Shown in pieces: positions 29,049 to 38,135 of a stretch of DNA of 56,087 bases (positions are counted from its first letter, which is position 1; the number at the start of each line of letters is the position of its first letter). The notes beneath the pieces were generated by a model. The model saw only the letters and a program-made list of their open reading frames with translations. It searched no databases and was not told the DNA's origin. Source of the DNA: Candidatus Brocadiia bacterium (GTDB taxonomy: Bacteria > Planctomycetota > Brocadiia > SM23-32); contig JBKHIT010000031.1 of the NCBI GenBank assembly GCA_046538485.1, forward strand, positions 1-56,087, given 5' to 3'. The position numbers were made by a program, and so were the translations under genes.

Positions 29049-30119
29049 ATGCCAGGAATTAATTCAGGAGTGACGGCCGCCTCGCTTGTGGAGCATCTGG
29101 AAGCCCTCATTGCCAGCGACCGTTTTGGGCCGGGTGATCGTTTGCCGACGTTTGCTGAGTTGCGCGAAAGGTTTGGTTGCGCTACGAATACGATAGATCG
29201 GGCATATTCTGAGCTGGAAACCAGAGGGGAAATTGAGAGAATTGCCGGCAGCGGTGTTTACGTTTCTGAGCCCCAGGTGGGCCTTACGAACGGTCTTATT
29301 GGGTGTTTGGGCGGCGGGTTCCAGGAGCATTTGCCTTATTGGATGCGATGTTTGAAGGGAATCCGTGGTGCCGCGGAAGCACGGGAATCCCAGATCGTTA
29401 TGTTGTCGAACGAGGGCCTTTACCGCCTGAAAGATCGGATCGAGGGGTTGCTGGTCTCGGGAGAGGAGAAACATCTGGAGCCGCATAGAGAAGTCCTGCA
29501 GGAACTACCGACCGTGGCAGCGCTCTATCGCATTGAGAATTGCACGAGCGTGGTTGCCGACGATTACGCGGGAGCGCGGATGGCAACCGACCATTTGCTC
29601 GAACTGGGACATCGCCGTATTGCGGCCATGTTCTGCGGACCCGAGAACACGATGGCCAGTATGAGGTTGGCGGGGTATCGTTCCTCGCTTGCGATGGCCG
29701 GGATCACGCCCGATCCGGAATGGAACCGAATTCTCCCGATTGAGGTGCAGGGAGGATTTACTGAAAACGCCCGGCTTGCCGTTCACCAATGGATTGAAGA
29801 CAACTGGGATGAAAAAGGATTTACCGCCCTTTTGATGCAGAACGATCAGGGCGCTACGGGAGCGGTTCAGGCTTTCCGCGAAGCCGGAATGCGGGTGCCC
29901 GACGACGTCAGCGTCGTAGGTTTCGACGGCACCGAAGCCGCTTATCACTGTCACCCCCGACTCACAACGGTCAAAGTTCCTCTGGAACATATCGGCGAAC
30001 GGGCCGCGCAGGTGCTTATCGACAAGATCGAGAACGGCGGCAACGGCGACGAAGTCATTATTCAGCCAACGGAACTGCTGGTGCAGGAATCAACCGCACC
30101 GCCGCCGAAACAAATGTAA
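29049..30119 (+). CDS. GntR-type HTH fused to LacI-type sugar-binding domain, transcriptional regulator
   Basis: PGDRLPT..L..RF, GSGVYV N-terminal; HLLELGHRRI, VPDDVSVVGFD, PRLTTV C-terminal; RBS ggagg. Confidence 0.92.
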   Translation: MPGINSGVTAASLVEHLEALIASDRFGPGDRLPTFAELRERFGCATNTIDRAYSELETRGEIERIAGSGVYVSEPQVGLTNGLIGCLGGGFQEHLPYWMRCLKGIRGAAEARESQIVMLSNEGLYRLKDRIEGLLVSGEEKHLEPHREVLQELPTVAALYRIENCTSVVADDYAGARMATDHLLELGHRRIAAMFCGPENTMASMRLAGYRSSLAMAGITPDPEWNRILPIEVQGGFTENARLAVHQWIEDNWDEKGFTALLMQNDQGATGAVQAFREAGMRVPDDVSVVGFDGTEAAYHCHPRLTTVKVPLEHIGERAAQVLIDKIENGGNGDEVIIQPTELLVQESTAPPPKQM

Positions 30120-30131
30120 AGGAGCAAAAAC

Positions 30132-31067
30132 ATGTTCGAAGGTGCCAGGAGTTCTTGCGATTGCCGAAAGCGCTCTCTCGTTGGCGCGACCAAGGTCGGG
30201 CGCGGTTTCACCCTGATCGAACTGCTCGTGGTCATCGCCATCATCGCCATTCTGGCGGCAATGCTCATGCCGGCGCTGCGCAGAGCGCGGATTGAAGCCC
30301 AGCTTGTATCTTGCATGAACTACCACCGGAATCTTTATCAGCCTGTTATGCTCTACAGCGGCGACCACAGCGGAATCGTCCCCCGGGTGAACACCCGCAA
30401 TGAAAATCTGCACGATGCCGACTACATGACGAGGATAATCCGTAGTTGTTGGGCGCATGATAACAAAAAAGTCCATCACTACTGGGGAGGCGCCATCGCA
30501 AAAGAGGGACAACTTGTCGAAGATCTCCTTTTGGCGTGTCCGGGCACAAAAACAACGAATTCATGGAGCGGGAAATCGTTGATGCAGTGGTACGCGACAA
30601 ATCGAATGAGCGATTGGGCCAACCCCACCTGCAACAACTGCTCGACGGTATCTAATTTCATGCTGACGTCCAAACAAATGTACAAAAAAGGTCGGGACGG
30701 GGAATGGGAAACCAACCGCCACGAATGGCACTCAGAGAGCAATTACACCGAATGGCCGTATATGAGCGGCTCGACCTGCCGGTGGACTAATGTCTTCCAA
30801 AAGCGAAGCGTTCTGATTGTGGAATCTGTTGGAGCATTCTGCAAGCCACAGGTAAAACACATCGAAAGCATGCATGGCGGAAAGCCCGGTTCAGGCCGCG
30901 CTTCCATGAACGTCACATTCTCCGATGGATCAATCAAGGGTTGGAGAAATTGGGACGACATGAGCAAGTGGGACAGCACATACTATTATCCGCACAATGA
31001 TCGCGATAACTGGGGCTTTTGGTATAACGTCGCCGATAGAATGGCAGACGGGCACTTTTTCCACTAA
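30132..31067 (+). CDS. Prepilin-type N-terminal cleavage/methylation protein (DUF1559/H-X9-DG-like) 1
   Basis: [40 protein letters not shown]. Confidence 0.9.
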   Translation: MFEGARSSCDCRKRSLVGATKVGRGFTLIELLVVIAIIAILAAMLMPALRRARIEAQLVSCMNYHRNLYQPVMLYSGDHSGIVPRVNTRNENLHDADYMTRIIRSCWAHDNKKVHHYWGGAIAKEGQLVEDLLLACPGTKTTNSWSGKSLMQWYATNRMSDWANPTCNNCSTVSNFMLTSKQMYKKGRDGEWETNRHEWHSESNYTEWPYMSGSTCRWTNVFQKRSVLIVESVGAFCKPQVKHIESMHGGKPGSGRASMNVTFSDGSIKGWRNWDDMSKWDSTYYYPHNDRDNWGFWYNVADRMADGHFFH

Positions 31068-31090
31068 GTCTTATAGTTCGCTACATAACC

Positions 31091-31372
31091 ATGAGAAAGC
31101 AGAGTCAAGAAACCTTCACCCTCATCGAACTCCTCGTGGTGATCGCGATCTTAGCTATTCTCGCGGCAATGCTCTTGCCGGCGTTGGAAGAAGCCCACTT
31201 CCAGGCAACGAGGGCGAAGTGTCTGGGCGAACGAAACGAGAACTACCTGCAGCTTATTATGTGGACCCAGGACCATAGCCAAACGGCTGGAAAAATACGA
31301 GGTTCTACGACGCGCATGAACGCATGCAAAAATGGGCAAGAAAGCACCTTAAACACTGAACAGCTTTTTTAA
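31091..31372 (+). pseudogene. Truncated prepilin-type protein 2
   Basis: [24 protein letters not shown] and first Cys present, but only 93 aa; no CP or N..F.DG motifs. Confidence 0.65.
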
Positions 31373-31392
31373 CCGGAATAGGGAGCAAAAAA

Positions 31393-32274
31393 ATGCGTAA
31401 CAGACGGGGGGATATCGCCAGGCGGGGGTTCACACTGATTGAACTTCTGGTCGTTATCGCCATAATCGCCATTTTGGCGGCGATGCTCATGCCGGCCCTG
31501 GAGCGGGCACGGGAAGAGGCAAAGCGGGTTAGCTGTTCGGCTAATCTGCATCAGCTTGGAATGCTGGCTGCTATGCATGCGTCGGATCATCAGGGCTGGT
31601 TCCCCATGACAATGCACAATAATCAGGACAAATACGGTCCATATGGCTACCTCCGCTACTGGCGCCTTGAACATGTCTACACGCACGATGATCGGTGGGT
31701 GGGAGACGAATGTAATCCCAATGGCTGGCATCGACCGGAAAATGCCTGTCCATATGATTACACGATGATTGGAACCGCCTGGAAGCATTACGGCACACTG
31801 TGGAGCACTTGGCAGTCATACGGAGCTAACCGCGATATACTTATTTGCCCTTCTTCAAAAACAAATAACGTAGGTGAGACTGTCAGTGCCCGGGGCTCCA
31901 ATGCCATCAAGGCGGCGTACGCATGGCTCTCGGGCGCACAGCACTCCTGGCAGGGAGATAGCGACATCGGGCGTATGGGACGGCGAGTACCCGCCATTAA
32001 AGCGGTGGAAAAAGGATTATCCCATAAGCCGCTTGCCTCAGATATTGTCGTGTGGGGCGCTACAGACAACGCTTCTTGGACCAACAAATATAAGGAATGC
32101 AATCACGGGAAACTCCCGATGGTTGATGCGCAAAATATCCTCTTCGCGGATGGCCATGTGGGCACGGAAATCGAACGTTACCAAAAACCCCTCAATCAAC
32201 TGCAGTACCAATACAATCGGTACGCAAGTTGGACCGCGCAGTACATCCTGTGGCATTGGGGAACCGGAGAATGA
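31393..32274 (+). CDS. Prepilin-type N-terminal cleavage/methylation protein 3
   Basis: [35 protein letters not shown]. Confidence 0.92.
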   Translation: MRNRRGDIARRGFTLIELLVVIAIIAILAAMLMPALERAREEAKRVSCSANLHQLGMLAAMHASDHQGWFPMTMHNNQDKYGPYGYLRYWRLEHVYTHDDRWVGDECNPNGWHRPENACPYDYTMIGTAWKHYGTLWSTWQSYGANRDILICPSSKTNNVGETVSARGSNAIKAAYAWLSGAQHSWQGDSDIGRMGRRVPAIKAVEKGLSHKPLASDIVVWGATDNASWTNKYKECNHGKLPMVDAQNILFADGHVGTEIERYQKPLNQLQYQYNRYASWTAQYILWHWGTGE

Positions 32275-33074
32275 ACTTGCGAAACAACAGAATGCGTCAA
32301 AAATCTTCTTGTCCGCTCCAAAGGATACAGAGATCGTCCGCTTTCACTCTTATCGAGCTCCTGGTCGTCATCGCGATCATAGCAATTCTTGCGGCGATGC
32401 TCATGCCGGCGCTGGAGAGCGCCCGCCGCAGTGCGCGCAACACCAAATGCGTCGGCCAGGTGCGACATTTGAATCTGTATTTTAATCTTTATTTGAATGA
32501 TTTTAATTCGACATTGCCCTGGGTGAGATCGTCGGCAAACCCGTCCACGTGCCAGACCGCACCTTTCGGCGGACCCTTGAGTGGATTTGGCGAAATAATC
32601 GGAGCAGGATATATAACGAACGCCGACGTGCTGTATTGACCGGATGTGGTCGTCACCAGCGCGTGGGGAAGCGGGGATCCTGCCAGGGCACGGGAGAGAA
32701 AAAGGGAACGTCTGATACAGGACGTCGAAAATGTTACCGACAGTCGCGTCGATTATAATCTCGGCTGGTGGGGTGGAGCGCCGACCCTCAGGCAGTTCCG
32801 CTCCGGGAAAGGATTCGGCCGCCATACCGGCGGTCGCAAGACGGAATACTGGGTGGCCGATGGATTTGGATGTTTCCCTTATTATTACAAGAAAAAATCG
32901 CACAATTACGGGGAGTTCTGTAACCTCGGCCGGGTCGATGGTGCTGTCCACACCATAAAAAATTACCCTGATATACAGCCCGACACCGGTTCGTACGGAT
33001 ATTACAAACCTCATAACGACCGGCCCGGTTGGGGATGGTGGCGGTATTTCGGGGCGGGGCGCGGGATGGACTGA
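32271..33074 (+). CDS. Prepilin-type protein 4, interrupted by an in-frame TGA at 32637-32639 (recoded or pseudogene)
   Basis: ATGA overlap with the previous gene; ORFs ending 32639 and 32646-33074 share a frame; reads VLY*PD where paralogs have LACPG/LICPS; downstream [11 protein letters not shown]. Confidence 0.75.
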
Positions 33075-33238
33075 ACCATGGGTCGTAAAAAGCAAACCCC
33101 TGCCGGTCGCCGACCATTACACTCGTTATGCCGGGCTCAAGGATGACCCTCGTTTAGCAGGGGACTTTTCTGACAGGGGATGTGAGGGAGTGAATAGAGC
33201 AGAATGTTCTACGGCCCTCGGGCATGACTGTTTCGCCT

Positions 33239-36200
33239 TCACGGTTTTTGAAAGTGCCAGAGTCCGTCTTTCAAGCGAAACACGACTTTCGGCCCGCTGC
33301 CAGGATTTATAGTGATTTTGTCGTCAGAATAGTTACACGAAGCTGAAGGTCGGTTCGCGTCCGCATCTCCGGGCGTCAATACGGTTATGAGCGGTCGCTT
33401 GAGATCTGCGGTGTACTCTCCCGAAACGGTATGCCAGTCGCCGGGACCGGATTCGTCGACCTTCGCCCAGTGCCATCCGCTGCTGAATTTGCGATCCTTT
33501 GCGCTTAGTTTCAAAGCGTGGCCGAAAATTTCCATGAAAAGTTTTCCGTTTTGACCCGCAACCAGCATGCGGGCCGGTTGTTGTTCCGTGGGCAGTTCCG
33601 GTTTCCAGGCGGTCTGATACTGCGCCGTGATTTTTCCCGGTTTGTTTTTGGCCGGCAGAATGTCGTCGAACACGATCGTATAGTCGGTGCCATGCATGAC
33701 GAGCAAACGACGCACCCGTTGTGCGGCTTTTCGATAGCCTTCCGTGGAGTCCAGAACGACATGTCTCCAGGGACCTTTTTCGTGGGCCATCGTCACACGC
33801 GAACCTCTGACGCCCGGTCCCTTGCCATCGACAAGTGGCAGTGTGTGATCGGTGGCTTTGCCTTCGTAGTAGCCGGGGTCCAGCAGATAGACTTCGCCGT
33901 TGGCGTGGAGGACGTAACTGCCCAGATCTTTTTGTTTATGGTGGGTCAGCGGTCCCCGGCTCCCTTTGAAGCCGACTACCAGGTCCGGTTTGAATGATGT
34001 GTCGGACCGTATGGCTCCCCAGTGTATCGATTTCAGGTAGGCGAGGGTGGGCACGCCGGGGAATTTGTCCGGGGAGGGTTGTTTGTCCCGCCACAGGAAT
34101 GCGAACGGTGCCCAGACGCCTCGCAGACGCGGCGTCTCTCCGCCTTTGACGCAGAGATCGGCGATCCAGAGCATCAGCGGTTGGTCGTAGCGGCTGCCGA
34201 TATCCGCGCAGATGGCGTAACCCCCGAGCCACGGCTCACGGTTGTCGTTGAAGGCGAACATGCCTCCGTTGCCACCGAGCTGGGTGCGGACGAAATTGCC
34301 CATGTTCTTGAGGTGCGGATGCTCAAGGAGCCCGCGGTCATCACCGGTGGCGTTGTTGAGGGCATGGGCGAGAATCAGGTGGAAGCTGCAACCGTAATCC
34401 CAGTATTGCGCTCCCTCCCGACAACCACCGTCTGGGGTGATGCATTCGTCCGGGTAGCGTTTTGCCTTTTTGGCGGCGATGTCGACGGCTTTCTTTGCAT
34501 CCGGGGTGCTGTGCAACAGAGCGAGGCCAGCCAGCATTCCGCCGCTGTTGCCGACGGGCACGGTGTTGCTGAAATTGGGTCCCGCTCCGAGAAACCAGGA
34601 ACCGCCGGCGTCCTTTAGATAACCGCTAATCATGCGGTCGAGGTAGTCCTGGAACGAGGCCCGGTCTTTGGGTGACAGCTCCCTGAACAGTATGTCGTAG
34701 GCGATCGCCATGCCCGTGACCCCCATCATCGCAAAATCGCTCGACTCGGTTGCTGACCATCCTTTACGAATGCTTTTGATGGCTCGTTCCTTGTAGGTTT
34801 CTTTTTCGGTCAGGGCATACGCGAAGGCGAGGCTTATTGCCTGCAGGTTGCCCTGAGGCTTTTCTTCCATGTTTTTCCGGGCGTGGCGGAGGACCAGTGC
34901 TCGATAATGGCGGAACATGGGGTCCTTGAACTTTTCGCGGAGATCGGGCAGATCCTCGGCGCTAAAGTAGAGATACGGGTGCGGTGAGTACCCGAAGAGG
35001 GGAGTGCCGGCGAACTTTTTTTCGCCTGTCTTCACGCGCACCTCTGCCTGCCCCGTTTCACCCGGCGGGACCCGGATTTGGGCGCGTGCAGCGTTCTTTA
35101 TCTCTATAATTTCGGCTTTTTTGCCGTTGAAGCTGAAGACTGTGTTCTTCTCAAAGCCAGCGCCGACGGCTGTCACCACATCCCCACCGCGCGGCAGGGC
35201 TTCGCGGGGACGGAATTCTTCGACCATTCGACCGTACGGAACACCGCCTTTCAGCGTGCCGCTCAGACCATTCCGATTGATGACGGTAAGGGGATAATAT
35301 TTTCCGGTCGGCAGGTCGGGCAAGATACAGGTGAGCTTTTTAGAGGAGTCGACACGGATATCTCCCGCCTCTTTGCCTCCGAGGAGCACGCGGCATTTTT
35401 TCTGAAAATGATGTCCTTCGAGAGTCAGTCGGGCCCCGCCCGAAAGCACCGGTTGTTGCGGCAGGTAGTTTTCTACGATTGGAGCCGGCGGGGAGCTCAG
35501 AAGGCGCCCCTGGATATCCCGAACAATGCCTTTCATCACGAAACCGGCGTAGCTCACGTGGACGTTCTCGACGGGCATACGTTTCACCGAAACGTAGCGG
35601 AACGGGACCTCAGCAATGTTCTCGGGCATTTTCCATTCGCCACTCCAGAATGGTTTGTCATCATTTTGGCGGAGTTCGGGCCAGAAAATTGTGAACTTCA
35701 CGGTGTTATCGGGAAGGCGTTTGATCCGGAACTTGATCGTGTGTCCGCCGGGATGTTTCATCGGCCAGTCGACGCTGGCGGTGCCGCCGCTGCTGCGGTC
35801 GATGAGATTTGAAAGGACGCGATCGCGAAAATTTGAGTAGGCTCCGCGTCCTTTTTCAATGAGGTTATAGAAACCACCTTTCCTTACCGATGCTGCCATC
35901 CCGCCCATGTGCACGCCGAAGCAGACGGCGATATCGTCCTTCCCCATTTCTTCCGGCGGGGCTGAGGTCAGACCAACCGCGACGCCCGGGTAGAACCAGC
36001 GCTGTTTGAGGGCGCGGTCCATGCGCACTTCCCAGGAGAGTTCGAAAGGCTCCGTGCCGACATCCCACTGGCTCCAGGCGTAAGCGTGGCTTTTGATATA
36101 TTTTTTGACTGCAACCGATTTGAAATGAAACCCGGGATCTTCGCCTGGCCCGTGCCACTGAAGGGAAGGCGGCTGGAGTGTCGTCTCTATGTTCCAGCGG

Positions 36201-36331
36201 GCGGGCCTTTTTGTTTGTTCGAACCGTTCGACGAACACATCGTCGCCGGGGCGGGCGGGGGGAGCGGTTGCGAAGAATGTGGCGAGATATATAAGCACGG
36301 GGAAAATGGCGTGGTGGATATGTCCAGTCAT
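33239..36331 (-). CDS. Secreted multidomain protein: two IPT/TIG-like repeats plus heparinase II/III-like lyase module
   Basis: GGARLTLEG.HF and GGDVVTAVGAGF repeats; HPYLYF, DGGCREGAQYW, HHKQKDLGS, LLDPG. Confidence 0.7.
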   Translation of the reverse strand: MTGHIHHAIFPVLIYLATFFATAPPARPGDDVFVERFEQTKRPARWNIETTLQPPSLQWHGPGEDPGFHFKSVAVKKYIKSHAYAWSQWDVGTEPFELSWEVRMDRALKQRWFYPGVAVGLTSAPPEEMGKDDIAVCFGVHMGGMAASVRKGGFYNLIEKGRGAYSNFRDRVLSNLIDRSSGGTASVDWPMKHPGGHTIKFRIKRLPDNTVKFTIFWPELRQNDDKPFWSGEWKMPENIAEVPFRYVSVKRMPVENVHVSYAGFVMKGIVRDIQGRLLSSPPAPIVENYLPQQPVLSGGARLTLEGHHFQKKCRVLLGGKEAGDIRVDSSKKLTCILPDLPTGKYYPLTVINRNGLSGTLKGGVPYGRMVEEFRPREALPRGGDVVTAVGAGFEKNTVFSFNGKKAEIIEIKNAARAQIRVPPGETGQAEVRVKTGEKKFAGTPLFGYSPHPYLYFSAEDLPDLREKFKDPMFRHYRALVLRHARKNMEEKPQGNLQAISLAFAYALTEKETYKERAIKSIRKGWSATESSDFAMMGVTGMAIAYDILFRELSPKDRASFQDYLDRMISGYLKDAGGSWFLGAGPNFSNTVPVGNSGGMLAGLALLHSTPDAKKAVDIAAKKAKRYPDECITPDGGCREGAQYWDYGCSFHLILAHALNNATGDDRGLLEHPHLKNMGNFVRTQLGGNGGMFAFNDNREPWLGGYAICADIGSRYDQPLMLWIADLCVKGGETPRLRGVWAPFAFLWRDKQPSPDKFPGVPTLAYLKSIHWGAIRSDTSFKPDLVVGFKGSRGPLTHHKQKDLGSYVLHANGEVYLLDPGYYEGKATDHTLPLVDGKGPGVRGSRVTMAHEKGPWRHVVLDSTEGYRKAAQRVRRLLVMHGTDYTIVFDDILPAKNKPGKITAQYQTAWKPELPTEQQPARMLVAGQNGKLFMEIFGHALKLSAKDRKFSSGWHWAKVDESGPGDWHTVSGEYTADLKRPLITVLTPGDADANRPSASCNYSDDKITINPGSGPKVVFRLKDGLWHFQKP

Positions 36332-36404
36332 ACGTATTCCTTTGAATCTCCTGAGGCATACAAGCGTGTGATGGTAGCCTTATCTGCAAACTTGTGTGGT
36401 AAAA

Positions 36405-38048
36405 TTACTCCATCCTATTCAACGCCCGGCCGATGCACCAGGCCAGATGATGGAGTTTCTTATTTTTGCGGGCATCGGCCCGGACTTTTTTCAGTGCGTC
36501 GCGCGCTTCGGGTCGACCGGTTCTGGCAAGTGCATTTGCTGCGGAACAGCGTGTGTAAATCCCGGGCTCGTTCTTCAGGCAGCGGATAAGGGCGGCTGTG
36601 GCTTCTTTACCGCCGATTCGACCGAGGGCGTCATAGGCGAGCTGTTCGAGGTAGTGAAATTCGGGGATCATGAGGATATCGGGGTGTTTTTTGAGCAGTT
36701 TTTCCCAGACCTCCGCCTGGATCATTCCGGCCGACCACTTGTCTTTCGGTCCGCGCGGACGCCAGAAGAATGGCGTGTCGATGTAGAAGACCTCGCAACC
36801 CCATCGTTCCTTCGCGTATTGAATCTTGGCGTCGAGCTGATGAAAGACCGGATCTCTGGGATATTTTTCAAGAACCGGTGTGTGGCGGTGGACAACCTTG
36901 TTTTCTTTTTCGACATACTTTACCTGGGTGGGGCGTATGCAGACGCCCGGTTTGAGCCCGGCCTCTCGTATGTGCTCGAACATCTCATCCGCCACGTCGT
37001 CCATCACCGGATTGAGAATCTTTGTGAGCCGCGGATCGCCGATATAGGTGGTGGGGTGGGGGAAAGAGTTGCCCTCTATGTCCCATATGATAATGGCCTG
37101 GGCACCGATCTTTTTCGAAGCGGCAATGTTGCGATCGATCGCTGAAAGAATACGTTTCCGGAACTTCTCGGTGGCTCTGGGAAGCTCGACGCTTTTGGGG
37201 TCTTTGAAGTAATTTAGAATTTTTTTCTTGTCAAGTCCCCCGCCGAAAAAATGTCGGGTGATGGGAGAACGGTCGTGCCAGTTCAGAAGCCGCGGATGCG
37301 TCTGCCGGAACGTGCGAAAAACATCCGCGGCCAGGTCGAGCGGATCGCTGCCGGCGGAACCAAACCGGATCGAAATTTGGTACCTATCGCTTTTCCCGGG
37401 GGCGATCGGGCGGCGCAGATAGAGAGCATCGTAGATCATTTTTTCACCGCCGGCCGTCAGATTTGTGGTCAGCTTTTTGCTCTTGCGTTTCTGGAGAGCG
37501 AGGCGGAGTGGGCGATCCATCTCCAGATTACAGAGGACCATCGTGCCGCCGTCCCATTTCGCCGGAATGACAGTGGGAGCTCCGACGTTGTGGCGGGACG
37601 GACCGGCCGTTAAATTTTTCGCGAGATGGAAAGTCAGGACGTTCATATCGACCAGGTGAAGCGTATGCCTGGACCGATTTGTTACACGAACGGATAGATC
37701 CAGCCGATTGTTTCGGGGTTGGTAATTGCAGGTGATTGCGCCCCATTCATAGCGCATGTGGTAGATTTTTTTCTCTTCCTCGAAGGACTCCTCCGCGTTC
37801 TCAAGTTTTCCGCGATATGTCGAGTGGTCCTGCCGCCGGAAGACCACGCGACGGAGCCGGGGTGTGCCCGTTTCGAGGATTTGTTTGCCGTTGACCTGGA
37901 TGGACCGGAGTCCTTGCGGACCGAATTGGACATCGGTTTTCGTTTCGGCAGACAGGAGGGTAGAGGGGGCGAGGAGATATGAGAGGGATAGGATTGCCAG
38001 GAGCGGAATGCTGATATTTCTGCAAACGCTTTTTATGTGAGAGACCAT
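36405..38048 (-). CDS. Secreted hypothetical protein, paralog of 16992-19184, with C-terminal HEAT-like repeats
   Basis: WHDRSPI, KIQYAKERWG, FYIDT, PDILMIPE; then ALGRIG..A..ALI..L..E...R.SAANALA. Confidence 0.65.
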   Translation of the reverse strand: MVSHIKSVCRNISIPLLAILSLSYLLAPSTLLSAETKTDVQFGPQGLRSIQVNGKQILETGTPRLRRVVFRRQDHSTYRGKLENAEESFEEEKKIYHMRYEWGAITCNYQPRNNRLDLSVRVTNRSRHTLHLVDMNVLTFHLAKNLTAGPSRHNVGAPTVIPAKWDGGTMVLCNLEMDRPLRLALQKRKSKKLTTNLTAGGEKMIYDALYLRRPIAPGKSDRYQISIRFGSAGSDPLDLAADVFRTFRQTHPRLLNWHDRSPITRHFFGGGLDKKKILNYFKDPKSVELPRATEKFRKRILSAIDRNIAASKKIGAQAIIIWDIEGNSFPHPTTYIGDPRLTKILNPVMDDVADEMFEHIREAGLKPGVCIRPTQVKYVEKENKVVHRHTPVLEKYPRDPVFHQLDAKIQYAKERWGCEVFYIDTPFFWRPRGPKDKWSAGMIQAEVWEKLLKKHPDILMIPEFHYLEQLAYDALGRIGGKEATAALIRCLKNEPGIYTRCSAANALARTGRPEARDALKKVRADARKNKKLHHLAWCIGRALNRME

Positions 38049-38135
38049 CTGGTTATCCTCCCATAATTTCGCAAGGACCGCAGAGGGAACTTGCCAGGCA
38101 GAAGGTGCGTAACTGCAACGGTATAAGGCGATTTC

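Noticed and set aside
25735..33074. Diversity-generating retroelement (Avd-like gene near variable pilin genes)
   Set aside because: No reverse transcriptase in the window, and I found no TR/VR pair differing at adenines
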